Part shown: positions 18,497 through 26,489 of the stretch, in pieces
How the letters are laid out: each line of letters opens with the position of its first letter
Numbering within the stretch: the stretch's first letter is position 1
IMG/VR virus record: IMGVR_UViG_3300001598_000050
Location: 6,461 to 70,460 of that record
Source: a virus
Taxonomy: Duplodnaviria; Caudoviricetes
DNA length: 64,000 nt
Strand: one strand, 5' to 3'
Notes under the pieces: model-generated
The model's input: the letters and a program-made list of their open reading frames with translations, nothing else
What the model was told of the DNA's origin: nothing
The model's database searches: none
Position numbers and translations under genes: made by a program

Positions 18497-19706
18497 TTTC
18501 CATTCTCCACTTGATAGTTCTTTCAAGATAGTCAACATATTCAGGATTCTTACACATACCCTTGCCAGGAGTATCAGAAACCTTCGCAACATCCATTCCA
18601 TTACATTTTGTTACTTTCATAACAATATTCAGCGGGTTAACATCAGTGTCATTTGAAATATAAGTTCCAATACCAAATGCAACCTTTGCTCTGCCTTCAA
18701 AATACTTAAACAGCTTGGTAGCTTTTTCGAAGTTCAGGCTGTCAGAGAAAAGCAGTGTCTTTGTTCTGGGGTCAATGCCAAGTTTCTTATAGTGGGCAAT
18801 AATCTTTTCACCCCATTCATAAGGGTCGCCAGAATCATGTCTTACACCTGAGAAAAGTGTTGCAAGAGTCAGATCAAAATCCTTAAGGAAACAATCAGTA
18901 GTAATAGTATCAGTAAGTGCAATACCATTAAGTACGCCATATTCCTTTACCCAAGCATTGAGGGCAAAATAATTAGAATAAGCTGCATTATGCTTGTGGT
19001 CACCCTGACCTGTACACATAATCCATTCATGCGCCATAGTTCCTACAGGTGTAATGCCATACTTCTTTGCAAGATATACGTTAGAGGTACCTACAAAGAA
19101 ACTGTTTGCAAGGTCATCGTTTCTTTCAGCTTCTGCAAGCTTACTTACTGCATATTCCTGAGCTTCTGCGGAAAGTCTTCTTCTGAGACCAAATTCTGAA
19201 AATGTTCCAAGTTCATATTCGCCAGTAGTCAGCGAGAGAAGTTTCTTATCAAACTTGTGCTTAAACTGCTTAATCAGCTCGTCATAGTTATAAGCCATTC
19301 TGAAATAAACTTCGTTTACAATAGCAAGTGTCGGAATTTCATACATTGAAGTATTAAGCCAAGTGCCCTTTGCTTCAAGTGTCATTCCGCAACCTTCATC
19401 GCCGGTATAGTTGATTTCGAAATCTTCATAGCGCGGCTTCCAAATTCTCAGATGATTGATGTATGAACCACGAATCCACTTAATCTTGTCAAGATATTCG
19501 AGCTCGTCTTCTGTAAATCTCAAATCACAATAAAGCTTAATCTGACGCTTAATTTCTTCGACCATCGCAAAAGTAAATTTTACGTCTTTATTTCTGCATT
19601 TAAATGTCCAAGTAGTCATATATTCGGGAAATTGATGATATATGCTCTGGCCCATCGAGAATTTATAGCTGTCTGTTTCGCAAAGAGACTTGATAATCTG
19701 TTCCAT
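18489..19706 (-). CDS. pncB: nicotinate phosphoribosyltransferase
   Basis: ETDSYKFSM, FSEFGLRRR, GTMAHEW, GVRHDSGDP, LFSDSL, FGIGT, VAKVSDTPGKGMC; start MEQIIK at 19706 after RBS GAGG. Confidence 0.93.
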   Translation of the reverse strand: MEQIIKSLCETDSYKFSMGQSIYHQFPEYMTTWTFKCRNKDVKFTFAMVEEIKRQIKLYCDLRFTEDELEYLDKIKWIRGSYINHLRIWKPRYEDFEINYTGDEGCGMTLEAKGTWLNTSMYEIPTLAIVNEVYFRMAYNYDELIKQFKHKFDKKLLSLTTGEYELGTFSEFGLRRRLSAEAQEYAVSKLAEAERNDDLANSFFVGTSNVYLAKKYGITPVGTMAHEWIMCTGQGDHKHNAAYSNYFALNAWVKEYGVLNGIALTDTITTDCFLKDFDLTLATLFSGVRHDSGDPYEWGEKIIAHYKKLGIDPRTKTLLFSDSLNFEKATKLFKYFEGRAKVAFGIGTYISNDTDVNPLNIVMKVTKCNGMDVAKVSDTPGKGMCKNPEYVDYLERTIKWRMENE

Positions 19707-19758
19707 AGTATTACCTCTATTTTTGATTTTTTCTATAATATTATACAATATTTTAGAA

Positions 19759-20406
19759 TTAATTAATGAATAAAAATGTCTTTTCAAAGATATTTTCCGG
19801 GCTGTGGAAATCAACATCTTGATATCCGTCTTTGTTTACGAGATAACTGATGTGCTTACCCTGTCTTAGGTCGTGGAGATCATTTGCAATAATGTAGTTC
19901 ATGTCATTCTTGGTGCAGAGTCGCTGCGCAACCTCGATAATATGTTCCTTAGAAACATTTTCGAGAAGCTTGAAACCAACAAGTGTTGCATCAGGGAACC
20001 ACTCTTTGAGGTGAGAAATAAGCTTGGTTGTAAGCCCAAGCTTAACTGTCAGATGGGGTTCATAAGACGAGATCTTGGTGTTATCATTGACTTTGCATTC
20101 GGGATTGGTAAGAACTTCGAGCACAGCTTCAGCTGTTAATTCCTTCCCCTTAAGCTTTTCAACAATTTCATTAGCCATATCTTCCATTCTGAATGAGAAG
20201 GCTGGCTTATAATCACCGACAGCTGCGGCATGGATAACGAGATCATAGTGAGTTGTTTTTTCAGCTTCCAGCGCATTGTACATCTGTTCAGTTGTTTCAA
20301 TCTGAACCGTCTTAACATGAGGGTTTGAAGCAAGGTTGTATCTTTCATACAGTCCGCCTCTTGCAACGGAACGCGTGCAAATAAGAGTTACGTCACAATC
20401 GGCAGA
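19759..20406 (-). pseudogene. 5'-truncated CoaB-like phosphopantothenate-cysteine ligase
   Basis: frame open from 20406 (DCDVTLICTR...VQIETTEQMYNALE...LVIHAAAVGDY...LVGFKL...IIANDL); the N-terminal GGT/SSG region is absent and there is an in-frame TAA at 20409-20407. Confidence 0.7.
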
Positions 20407-20552
20407 TTAAAGTCAGAAGTTATTTGATTATACTTAAACATAATATAGCCGCTATCTCTGGACACCTTTATATTATGAGGATCTTTGGAAATAAGTTCTT
20501 CCCAATTAGAATTTTCACGAATAAATTTAGTTAAGTTTAATTCATTAGACAT
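20388..20552 (-). pseudogene. N-terminal fragment (54 aa) of a probable T4 Rnl1-like RNA ligase
   Basis: RBS GAAAGGTGG, then MSNELNLTKFIRENSNWEELISKDPHNIKVSRDSGYIMFKYNQITSDFNLPIVT*, resembling phage RNA ligase N-termini; below the 60-aa ORF cutoff. Confidence 0.55.
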
Positions 20553-20576
20553 GTTAATTACCACCTTTCATAATAT

Positions 20577-20615
20577 ATCATACAATAAAAAGCAGGCTTA
20601 ATTTACAGCCTGCTT
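20577..20615 (-). promoter_or_regulatory. fused terminator hairpin and extended -10 promoter
   Basis: AAGCAGGCT-GTAAATTA-AGCCTGCTT-TTTATTG-TATGAT. Confidence 0.55.
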
Positions 20616-20630
20616 AATATTTTCTGTCTT

Positions 20631-20990
20631 TTATTCTTCGGAAAGTTCAATTAGCTTTTCTACAAGGAACTGCATAAGGCTCTCATTGATAATATAATGA
20701 TTTGGCTGATTCGGTCCGAAATTAAAAGCTATTGCACAGTTATCAAGTCGCAGTGAAAAAGCTTCTTCTTTGTTCTTTGCTAGCCAGTCTTTCTTAATTG
20801 AAAAGCTGTTTTGGTCTGTCATACAGGTTTTGCACTCAATAAGCATTGAGGCATCTTTCTGTACAACATCACCTGCGGAAAACAGTGTAGCTCCGGAATT
20901 AGGCTGCTGCCGGGCATTTAAAGCACGGCAGACAGACTTTTCCTGTGCATCACTATAGTATCTGGTACTGCTGGTATTCTTATTTGCCAT
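20631..20990 (-). CDS. Hjc-like PD-(D/E)XK nuclease, putative Holliday junction resolvase
   Basis: YSDAQEKSV...NSGA...GDV...MLIECKT; directly downstream of recA. Confidence 0.7.
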   Translation of the reverse strand: MANKNTSSTRYYSDAQEKSVCRALNARQQPNSGATLFSAGDVVQKDASMLIECKTCMTDQNSFSIKKDWLAKNKEEAFSLRLDNCAIAFNFGPNQPNHYIINESLMQFLVEKLIELSEE

Positions 20991-22312
20991 TATTCAGCAC
21001 CTGCAAAACCTTTAGTGACCTCATCAGAAACTTTTTCCTTCTGATCAGCTATTTCATCCAGTAGTAGCTGGCCGAATTCTTCATTGGCACTTATGCCAAG
21101 CATCTGCTCAAACGACACAGTATTGGGTGCATCTTTTACCGCCATCTTTTCGTAACAGATATCATAAATACGGCGCCAGAGGTCTTTATGTTCCTCAAGA
21201 TAGACTTTAACTGCGCCTTTACCGTGAATATTTGCAGCAAGAACTTCGCCGCTGTCTGGGTCTATTATATTGTAATAGCCTTGTTTTGCATCCTGAATAA
21301 TTTCAAAATACTTTGCAACGTCAATTGTATCCTGAAGAATATCAATACCTTTAAAGTACTTCAGACTGCACTGTGCAAGCTTTCTATCCCAAGGACAGAA
21401 TTTAGTCTTCAGAAGTGCTACATTGATAATATTTCCTACAGCGCCTTCAGCAGAGTCTTTTAGCTCTACACCGTTTTTATCAAAAGGATGTCCTCGCTTA
21501 ATCAGAAGTCTGAGTGAGCATGCACGCTTCCAGGTATGACCACCACCAACCTTTTCAGGATTACCGTAACCGGAAGGATCCATATAAGTACCGTTAATAC
21601 CAATAAAGGTCGTTCTGAACCTGTTCATAAGGCCGGTGCTTCTCTTACAGAAATTGCCCAGTGGAACTGAAATACCACCCATCTGAACTTTTTCAAGACT
21701 TTCACTGTTAACCTGCTTACCTGCAATAGCCACAAGAGAGTCGAAGATAATCAGACCGATTGTTCCGGACTTCATAGCTTCAATACAGATATCAAACAAT
21801 TGCTCAGCAGGAAGACCCATGTTAGGTACATACAAAGTAGGAACCTCAGGATCATTCATATCGTAACCTGTCGCAGTCAGAGCCCATACCGGATCTGCGG
21901 TACCTTCAGCATCTACAAACATAATCTTCTTGGGCTCATATTCAATTACTTCAGGCTTTGCAAGCTCTTTTTTTCCTTTTGCCTTCGCTGCCGCGCATTT
22001 TTCTTCCCAGTCTGCAATAAGCTTTGCATTCATCTGTGCTCGTTTAGCTTTGGCCTTCTTCTCTTTCTTAATGAAGTCAGCAGCAAGAAGGAAGGCCAGT
22101 GTTGTTTTACCAGAAGATTCAGGGCCAGCAAGCTCTACAAAAATTCCCTTTGGAATTGAGTTATAGGTCAGAAAGTCCAATGCAGGTGAACCCAATGAGA
22201 GTGTTTCTTTAAACCGCTCCGTCTGAACTCCGATATTAAACATACCCAGTCCTTCAGTGTCAAACTGCTTTTTAAGGCTTTTTACCAAATTTTCAAATGC
22301 AAGATCTGCCAT
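20990..22312 (-). CDS. recA: RecA-like recombinase
   Basis: ELAGPESSGKTT, FVDAE, LIIFDSLVAI, GGGHTWKRACSLRL; Lys-rich insertion after Walker A. Confidence 0.92.
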   Translation of the reverse strand: MADLAFENLVKSLKKQFDTEGLGMFNIGVQTERFKETLSLGSPALDFLTYNSIPKGIFVELAGPESSGKTTLAFLLAADFIKKEKKAKAKRAQMNAKLIADWEEKCAAAKAKGKKELAKPEVIEYEPKKIMFVDAEGTADPVWALTATGYDMNDPEVPTLYVPNMGLPAEQLFDICIEAMKSGTIGLIIFDSLVAIAGKQVNSESLEKVQMGGISVPLGNFCKRSTGLMNRFRTTFIGINGTYMDPSGYGNPEKVGGGHTWKRACSLRLLIKRGHPFDKNGVELKDSAEGAVGNIINVALLKTKFCPWDRKLAQCSLKYFKGIDILQDTIDVAKYFEIIQDAKQGYYNIIDPDSGEVLAANIHGKGAVKVYLEEHKDLWRRIYDICYEKMAVKDAPNTVSFEQMLGISANEEFGQLLLDEIADQKEKVSDEVTKGFAGAE

Positions 22313-22332
22313 TTAATTTTTTCCTTTCGTTT

Positions 22333-22866
22333 TTATCCTAATAATACTCTGTTTTGTTTATCAAAAAATGCTTCCTGCTCGTGGTGCTTCAAAATTCGCT
22401 TCAATACATCAAGCAGTTCATAAGCACCGTCAATCTTATCTTTAAGCATACGTACACTTTTGCTGTAAATAAGATTAAGTATTTTTTCATCGACTGTATT
22501 GTTTTCTGCATACTGCTGATGATTATCTCGTGTTGTTTTTGCACCGGTTGAAGTAGCTACTAACTGGCTTTCAGAATACTTTGCATTAAAAGCAAGAGTT
22601 GCCTTCATATCTGACATAGCCTCATAAAAACTGAAATTATCTACTTTTGCATTCAGTGCATATAAAGTATTTACCAGCTTCAACATATACTGTTCTATGG
22701 CTCTGTCGTCTGTATTAGGAGCATCTACAACATTTGCATTAATTTCTGTTATAAGTGCATCAAGAACACCTATCTGTGCTGTTACTATCTGATTACAGAT
22801 ATCCTGCGCAAATTTTACGTCTTCACCCACTGTGCCGCTCAAAGCAATTACGTTATCTTTATTCAT
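22333..22866 (-). CDS. hypothetical helical protein
   Basis: 177-aa ORF between recU and recA. Confidence 0.7.
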   Translation of the reverse strand: MNKDNVIALSGTVGEDVKFAQDICNQIVTAQIGVLDALITEINANVVDAPNTDDRAIEQYMLKLVNTLYALNAKVDNFSFYEAMSDMKATLAFNAKYSESQLVATSTGAKTTRDNHQQYAENNTVDEKILNLIYSKSVRMLKDKIDGAYELLDVLKRILKHHEQEAFFDKQNRVLLG

Positions 22867-23336
22867 TCGCCTTCTCCTAACTGTAAAAGTACTGAGTAGT
22901 CAGAGTCAAGAAAAACTCTGCGCTTTACTGAAGGCAGTTCAATCATTCTGTAAGTGCCTTCAGCAAGCATTTTTATATTAACTGACTTTTTACCATCGTT
23001 CTTCATAGCTGTAATTGAGCTTATTGGTACATAAATAACTTTATCATGGTCAATAAACCATATTACAACGCCAGCCCGAACGCCAGGCACACCGACCTTA
23101 GTACAAAGTTTATCATACTGGGTCAGATTTACCAGCGGAAATGTATTGCCTAAATGAGACTTTGCTTCCAGATAAAAAATATTCGGATAGTTGTAGCCTA
23201 TAAAATCACTTATATTGGCAATTCCGCGATAACCATTAGTAGTATCATAAATACGGTCTATTGTACCTTCCGGAAATGATTTTTTAAAATCATTCAGCAA
23301 CTTAGCTTCAAACTGTTTGCCTTTATTATTTGGCAT
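22863..23336 (-). CDS. recU: RecU-like Holliday junction resolvase
   Basis: NKGKQFEAK, ISDFIGY, YLEAKS, TQYDKL. Confidence 0.8.
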   Translation of the reverse strand: MPNNKGKQFEAKLLNDFKKSFPEGTIDRIYDTTNGYRGIANISDFIGYNYPNIFYLEAKSHLGNTFPLVNLTQYDKLCTKVGVPGVRAGVVIWFIDHDKVIYVPISSITAMKNDGKKSVNIKMLAEGTYRMIELPSVKRRVFLDSDYSVLLQLGEGE

Positions 23337-23341
23337 AGCTA

Positions 23342-24475
23342 TCAGCCAGCTTTCTTGATAATTACAGGAATGAGATTGCTGATGTCGCCGTGTGTAAATG
23401 TCACTGTCTGATAATTGCCACAGTTAAGTGTAATAAACTCGCCAGGCTGACAAGCATTAACAACAAGCTTTACATCCTGAAGATTAAGCAGAGTAGAATA
23501 ACAGCCGCTTACAACACTGTCAGCTTCAACAGGCACAACTTCTGTATTTTCGTTAACTGCTGTAAAAGTAACGTCAGTGCCGGTCACATCGACCTGAGCA
23601 ATAAATATACCGTTATCGGTTCCTGCTGTGCTGTTCTTAGTAAACTGCATAAGTCTATTAAGCGCAGCTCCAAGAGTATTAGCAGAAAGTACCACTCTAT
23701 CCGGATAATTGTCTTCAAACATACCCTTTGCAGCAGCAATTCCTCTGAGCATTGTATTAATAAGCTCATCATCATTAGTAATAAGTGCAGCAAGATAAAC
23801 ATCAGCAGTTTCAAATACTGCAATAGTATGAGCCTCGCCTCTGTAAGTTCCCTGTCCAAGTGTAAACTGTACGTCGCTCTTAAACAGCTTTGTAAGCTTA
23901 ATAATTCTGTCATTAAGCAGCATTTTTACGGGCTTTTCAAGTGTAAACTTATTTACACAGGCGCCTACTGCAAAAGTATAACAGCCGGTTTCATCAATAA
24001 AGTATTGCTTTTTAAGCTCACTTATCTTAGCATCTTTCTTCACGCCGTCGATAATTCTGCCATTAATCTTCAGAATACCATTAAGGATCTCTTTGCTGAT
24101 AGGCATTTCAACAGTCTTTTCTATGACAAAAATAGGTGTAAGTGTTGCAAGCTGGTCATTTTCAAAAATCATAGGCAGCTTATACAGACTCTTTCCATGT
24201 TTTACAACAACTGTATTGTCCTTTACGGACAGGTCAAAAGTTTCTGTAGTAATGCCCGCAATCAAGTCAAGAAACTGAGTGGCTTCTACCACCGCTCTGA
24301 AATCTTCAAAAGTGTCAAGCGGAAATCTTACTGCCACATAGTACTCACTGCCATTAGTCACATTAAGATACAGCGCTGAATCACGTGCTGCAAGTTCAAG
24401 ATTAGAATTGCTGCCTCGTGCAGCCAGCAAAATGTTTTTACATGCGTCCTGAAATTCCTTTGTCTTAAGAATCAT
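23342..24475 (-). CDS. dnaN: DNA polymerase III beta-like sliding clamp
   Basis: 377 aa, the size of a three-domain beta clamp; N-terminal LELAAR..LYLNVTNG, alternating beta/alpha pattern, C-terminal LIPV; clamp-loader genes in the same window. Confidence 0.7.
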   Translation of the reverse strand: MILKTKEFQDACKNILLAARGSNSNLELAARDSALYLNVTNGSEYYVAVRFPLDTFEDFRAVVEATQFLDLIAGITTETFDLSVKDNTVVVKHGKSLYKLPMIFENDQLATLTPIFVIEKTVEMPISKEILNGILKINGRIIDGVKKDAKISELKKQYFIDETGCYTFAVGACVNKFTLEKPVKMLLNDRIIKLTKLFKSDVQFTLGQGTYRGEAHTIAVFETADVYLAALITNDDELINTMLRGIAAAKGMFEDNYPDRVVLSANTLGAALNRLMQFTKNSTAGTDNGIFIAQVDVTGTDVTFTAVNENTEVVPVEADSVVSGCYSTLLNLQDVKLVVNACQPGEFITLNCGNYQTVTFTHGDISNLIPVIIKKAG

Positions 24476-24528
24476 TTTTTTAAGTCCTTTCGAATAATTT
24501 ACTACTAATATAATACAATATTTTTACG

Positions 24529-25841
24529 TCAAAATTCAAGCTGGTCTGTCTCACCCGATAATACAGCTTCAATAGCTTCCTGTGGTATTTCAGCATGTGC
24601 TTTAAAGACCTGCTGACGGGCTGCGTCTTTATCCATACCTGATTTCTCTAACTTCTGATATTCTTCAAGAATTGCTGCCGCGTATTCATCTGCATACCAG
24701 CGGCCTACTACATACGCATCACAGCTTTGAGGCACGTCATCTCCGACTTCTGCTGCTGCAGCTATCATAACTTCAGGTAAACGCTTAGCAACTCTGTCTG
24801 CATAATAAGCAGGACATTCCATAAGCAGTTCATCGTGTACAGGAATAATCAGCTTTGCCTGACAGTCCTTCAGCTCCTGGTCTCTCGAAATATCTACCAT
24901 AGCTATCTTAGTCAACGAGGCCGCGGATCCTTGTACACGAGCATTAAAGCACTGTCTCGCTGCCTGAGAAATACGTCCTGTCCATGCAAAAAGGTCTACA
25001 CGATCATTCGGAATAAATGTAGGCAGTTTATCAGCACAATCAGCCCTGAAACGGTCCAGGATTGCGTCGAACTCTGCATGGGCAGGTAAAATAACGTCTG
25101 TACTCTGTCGGCCTTTCTGGAGCTTGTAGGACCGTGTGGACAAGAGCTCTTTTATCGCTGTAATATCCTTCATAAGCCTTTCGCGGCAAGAAGCACTGTA
25201 TTTATCTGCTTTTTTGTCAAGATCGTAAAAACTCTTAGCATCAAGATACCATTCAGGATTTGCTGCAATTTTTTTAAGCTTGCTGAAAGTAGCATTTGCC
25301 ATAGAGTACTCTGCTTTATAAACAGGCTTATAGTCAGGGTCTTCTTTGGCAGACTGTACATCTGTTGCAAGCTTTCTTGCATTAGCTAAAACAGCTTCTG
25401 CCAGCATTATTACTGTCCAAATCTCTTCCGGATCATTCTGAGTACGCTTATTTGAACAACCTAAGAACGGATTAAATGTTGCACCCTCATCCTTAAGATC
25501 CTTCAGCTTGGCTTCATAAGGCTGCATATTGATATCTTGCAGTCTTCTTCTGCGACCGACAAAATCTTCTACATAGCCATTTTTACGTAAAAATTCTTTT
25601 GAGCCCTCAATAGCTTCGTGCACTTTCGGAAAACCTGCAAAGAAATTATCCAAAAGTTCCTGTCCTTTTACTCGGGCCTCATCACCGGTAAGACCCATTT
25701 TAGCGCCTGCAGTTGCGGCTGACATCCCGTAGGACGTGGCTAGCGCTAAAGGTTCAACACCTTGCCAACGGAACGTCTTTCTTTGCCCGCTTTATTAAGT
25801 ACCTTTGCTGGGGACTTAACGACAATTGTTGCTGAACTCAT
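24529..25841 (-). CDS. polA: family-A DNA polymerase, C-terminal piece (motifs B and C); needs an 8-nt skip at 25741-25748
   Basis: RBS GAAAGGAAGGTGA, ATG at 25841, MSSATIVVKSPAKVLNKAGKERRSVGKVLNL-[TAGCGCTA]-ATSYGM...GRRRRL...NARVQGSAA...PVHDEL. Confidence 0.85.
25741..25748 (-). other. 8-nt coding gap in polA motif B (putative translational bypass, CUU-UAG-CG-CUA)
   Basis: removing TAGCGCTA restores R-x3-K-x7-YG spacing (RSVGKVLNLATSYG). Confidence 0.8.
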
Positions 25842-25843
25842 TT

Positions 25844-25905
25844 ACATCACCTTCCTTTCATAATTAACATCTAAATATATTATACATTAATATTCTTTAC
25901 ATTTT
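25844..25905 (-). promoter_or_regulatory. promoter and strong RBS for the polA C-terminal piece
   Basis: TTGAAA-18 nt-TATAAT with extended TG; RBS block GAAAGGAAGGTGATGT at 25844-25859. Confidence 0.7.
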
Positions 25906-25911
25906 CAAACA

Positions 25912-26390
25912 TTAATTTTCAATAAAATTAATCTTTATCTGAGCTACTTTTCCGCCTTCAAGTTGTACTGTATCTGCAGTTTCCGTGTTCTGCACAGTCA
26001 ATTCTCCAATGCTTGAAATAACTTTCATGCCTGGCTTGAGCTCAGAGGCAGCAAGTTCACCAGTACTCGTCGGAACTAAATAAAAACATGGAACTGTTAT
26101 TGAGCTATCTTCAGTTGTAACTTTTTTTTCTTTTCCAGAGCCGGCATATACTTTCTTGCCGTCTACTTCAAGTTCACGACCTTCAGGATGAAACTCTTTG
26201 TTGTCCACATACTCATTATGAAAAGCAGACTGTGCAATAATAGCATATAAGTCTTTACCATTATTGTAAGCATCATACATTTTCGGCTCTTGGGAAATAT
26301 AGGTAGTAAGTCGAGGATCAGCTATTCCTGAGCGGAATAATCGGATCCAACGATCCTATACTGCGTTCTAGTATTAATTGTTCTACTCAT
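25912..26390 (-). CDS. polA: family-A DNA polymerase, middle piece (motif A); needs an 8-nt skip at 26317-26324
   Basis: RBS GAAAGGAAGGTGA, ATG at 26390, MSRTINTRTQYRIVGSDYSAQE-[TAGCTGAT]-PRLTTYISQEPKMYDAYNNGKDLYAIIA. Confidence 0.85.
26317..26324 (-). other. 8-nt coding gap in polA motif A (putative translational bypass, GAA-UAG-CU-GAU)
   Basis: removing TAGCTGAT restores DYSAQEPR (compare E. coli DYSQIELR). Confidence 0.8.
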
Positions 26391-26395
26391 AGAGG

Positions 26396-26453
26396 ACATC
26401 ACCTTCCTTTCTTGCTTAAATAAGCATTAAATATTTTACATACTATTATACAA
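26396..26453 (-). promoter_or_regulatory. extended -10 promoter and strong RBS for the polA middle piece
   Basis: TG-TATAAT at about 26452-26445; GAAAGGAAGGTGATGT at 26396-26411 is identical to the block before the C piece. Confidence 0.65.
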
Positions 26454-26489
26454 CATAATACCGCTTGATATTAGTAATTCACATAGTAA

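Noticed and set aside
18489-19817. ORF-track starts for pncB (19817), fhs (39171), and the 18601, 3578 and 44699 ORFs
   Set aside because: These extensions overlap upstream genes or promoters; downstream starts with RBSs were used instead.
23390-24379. 329-aa plus-strand ORF
   Set aside because: Antisense shadow of the dnaN-like gene; Cys/Ser/Lys-rich with no recognisable motifs.
25912-26280. ORF-track starts at 26280 and 25725 as the true polA piece starts
   Set aside because: They lack a good RBS and would omit the motif A Asp and the motif B Arg/Lys. Strong RBSs point to 26390 and 25841.
25741-26324. Sequencing or assembly error, or random pseudogenisation, at the two gaps
   Set aside because: Two independent insertions of identical length and grammar at catalytic codons, in non-homopolymer context and in an otherwise undamaged gene, are unlikely by chance. 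Not excluded without reads.
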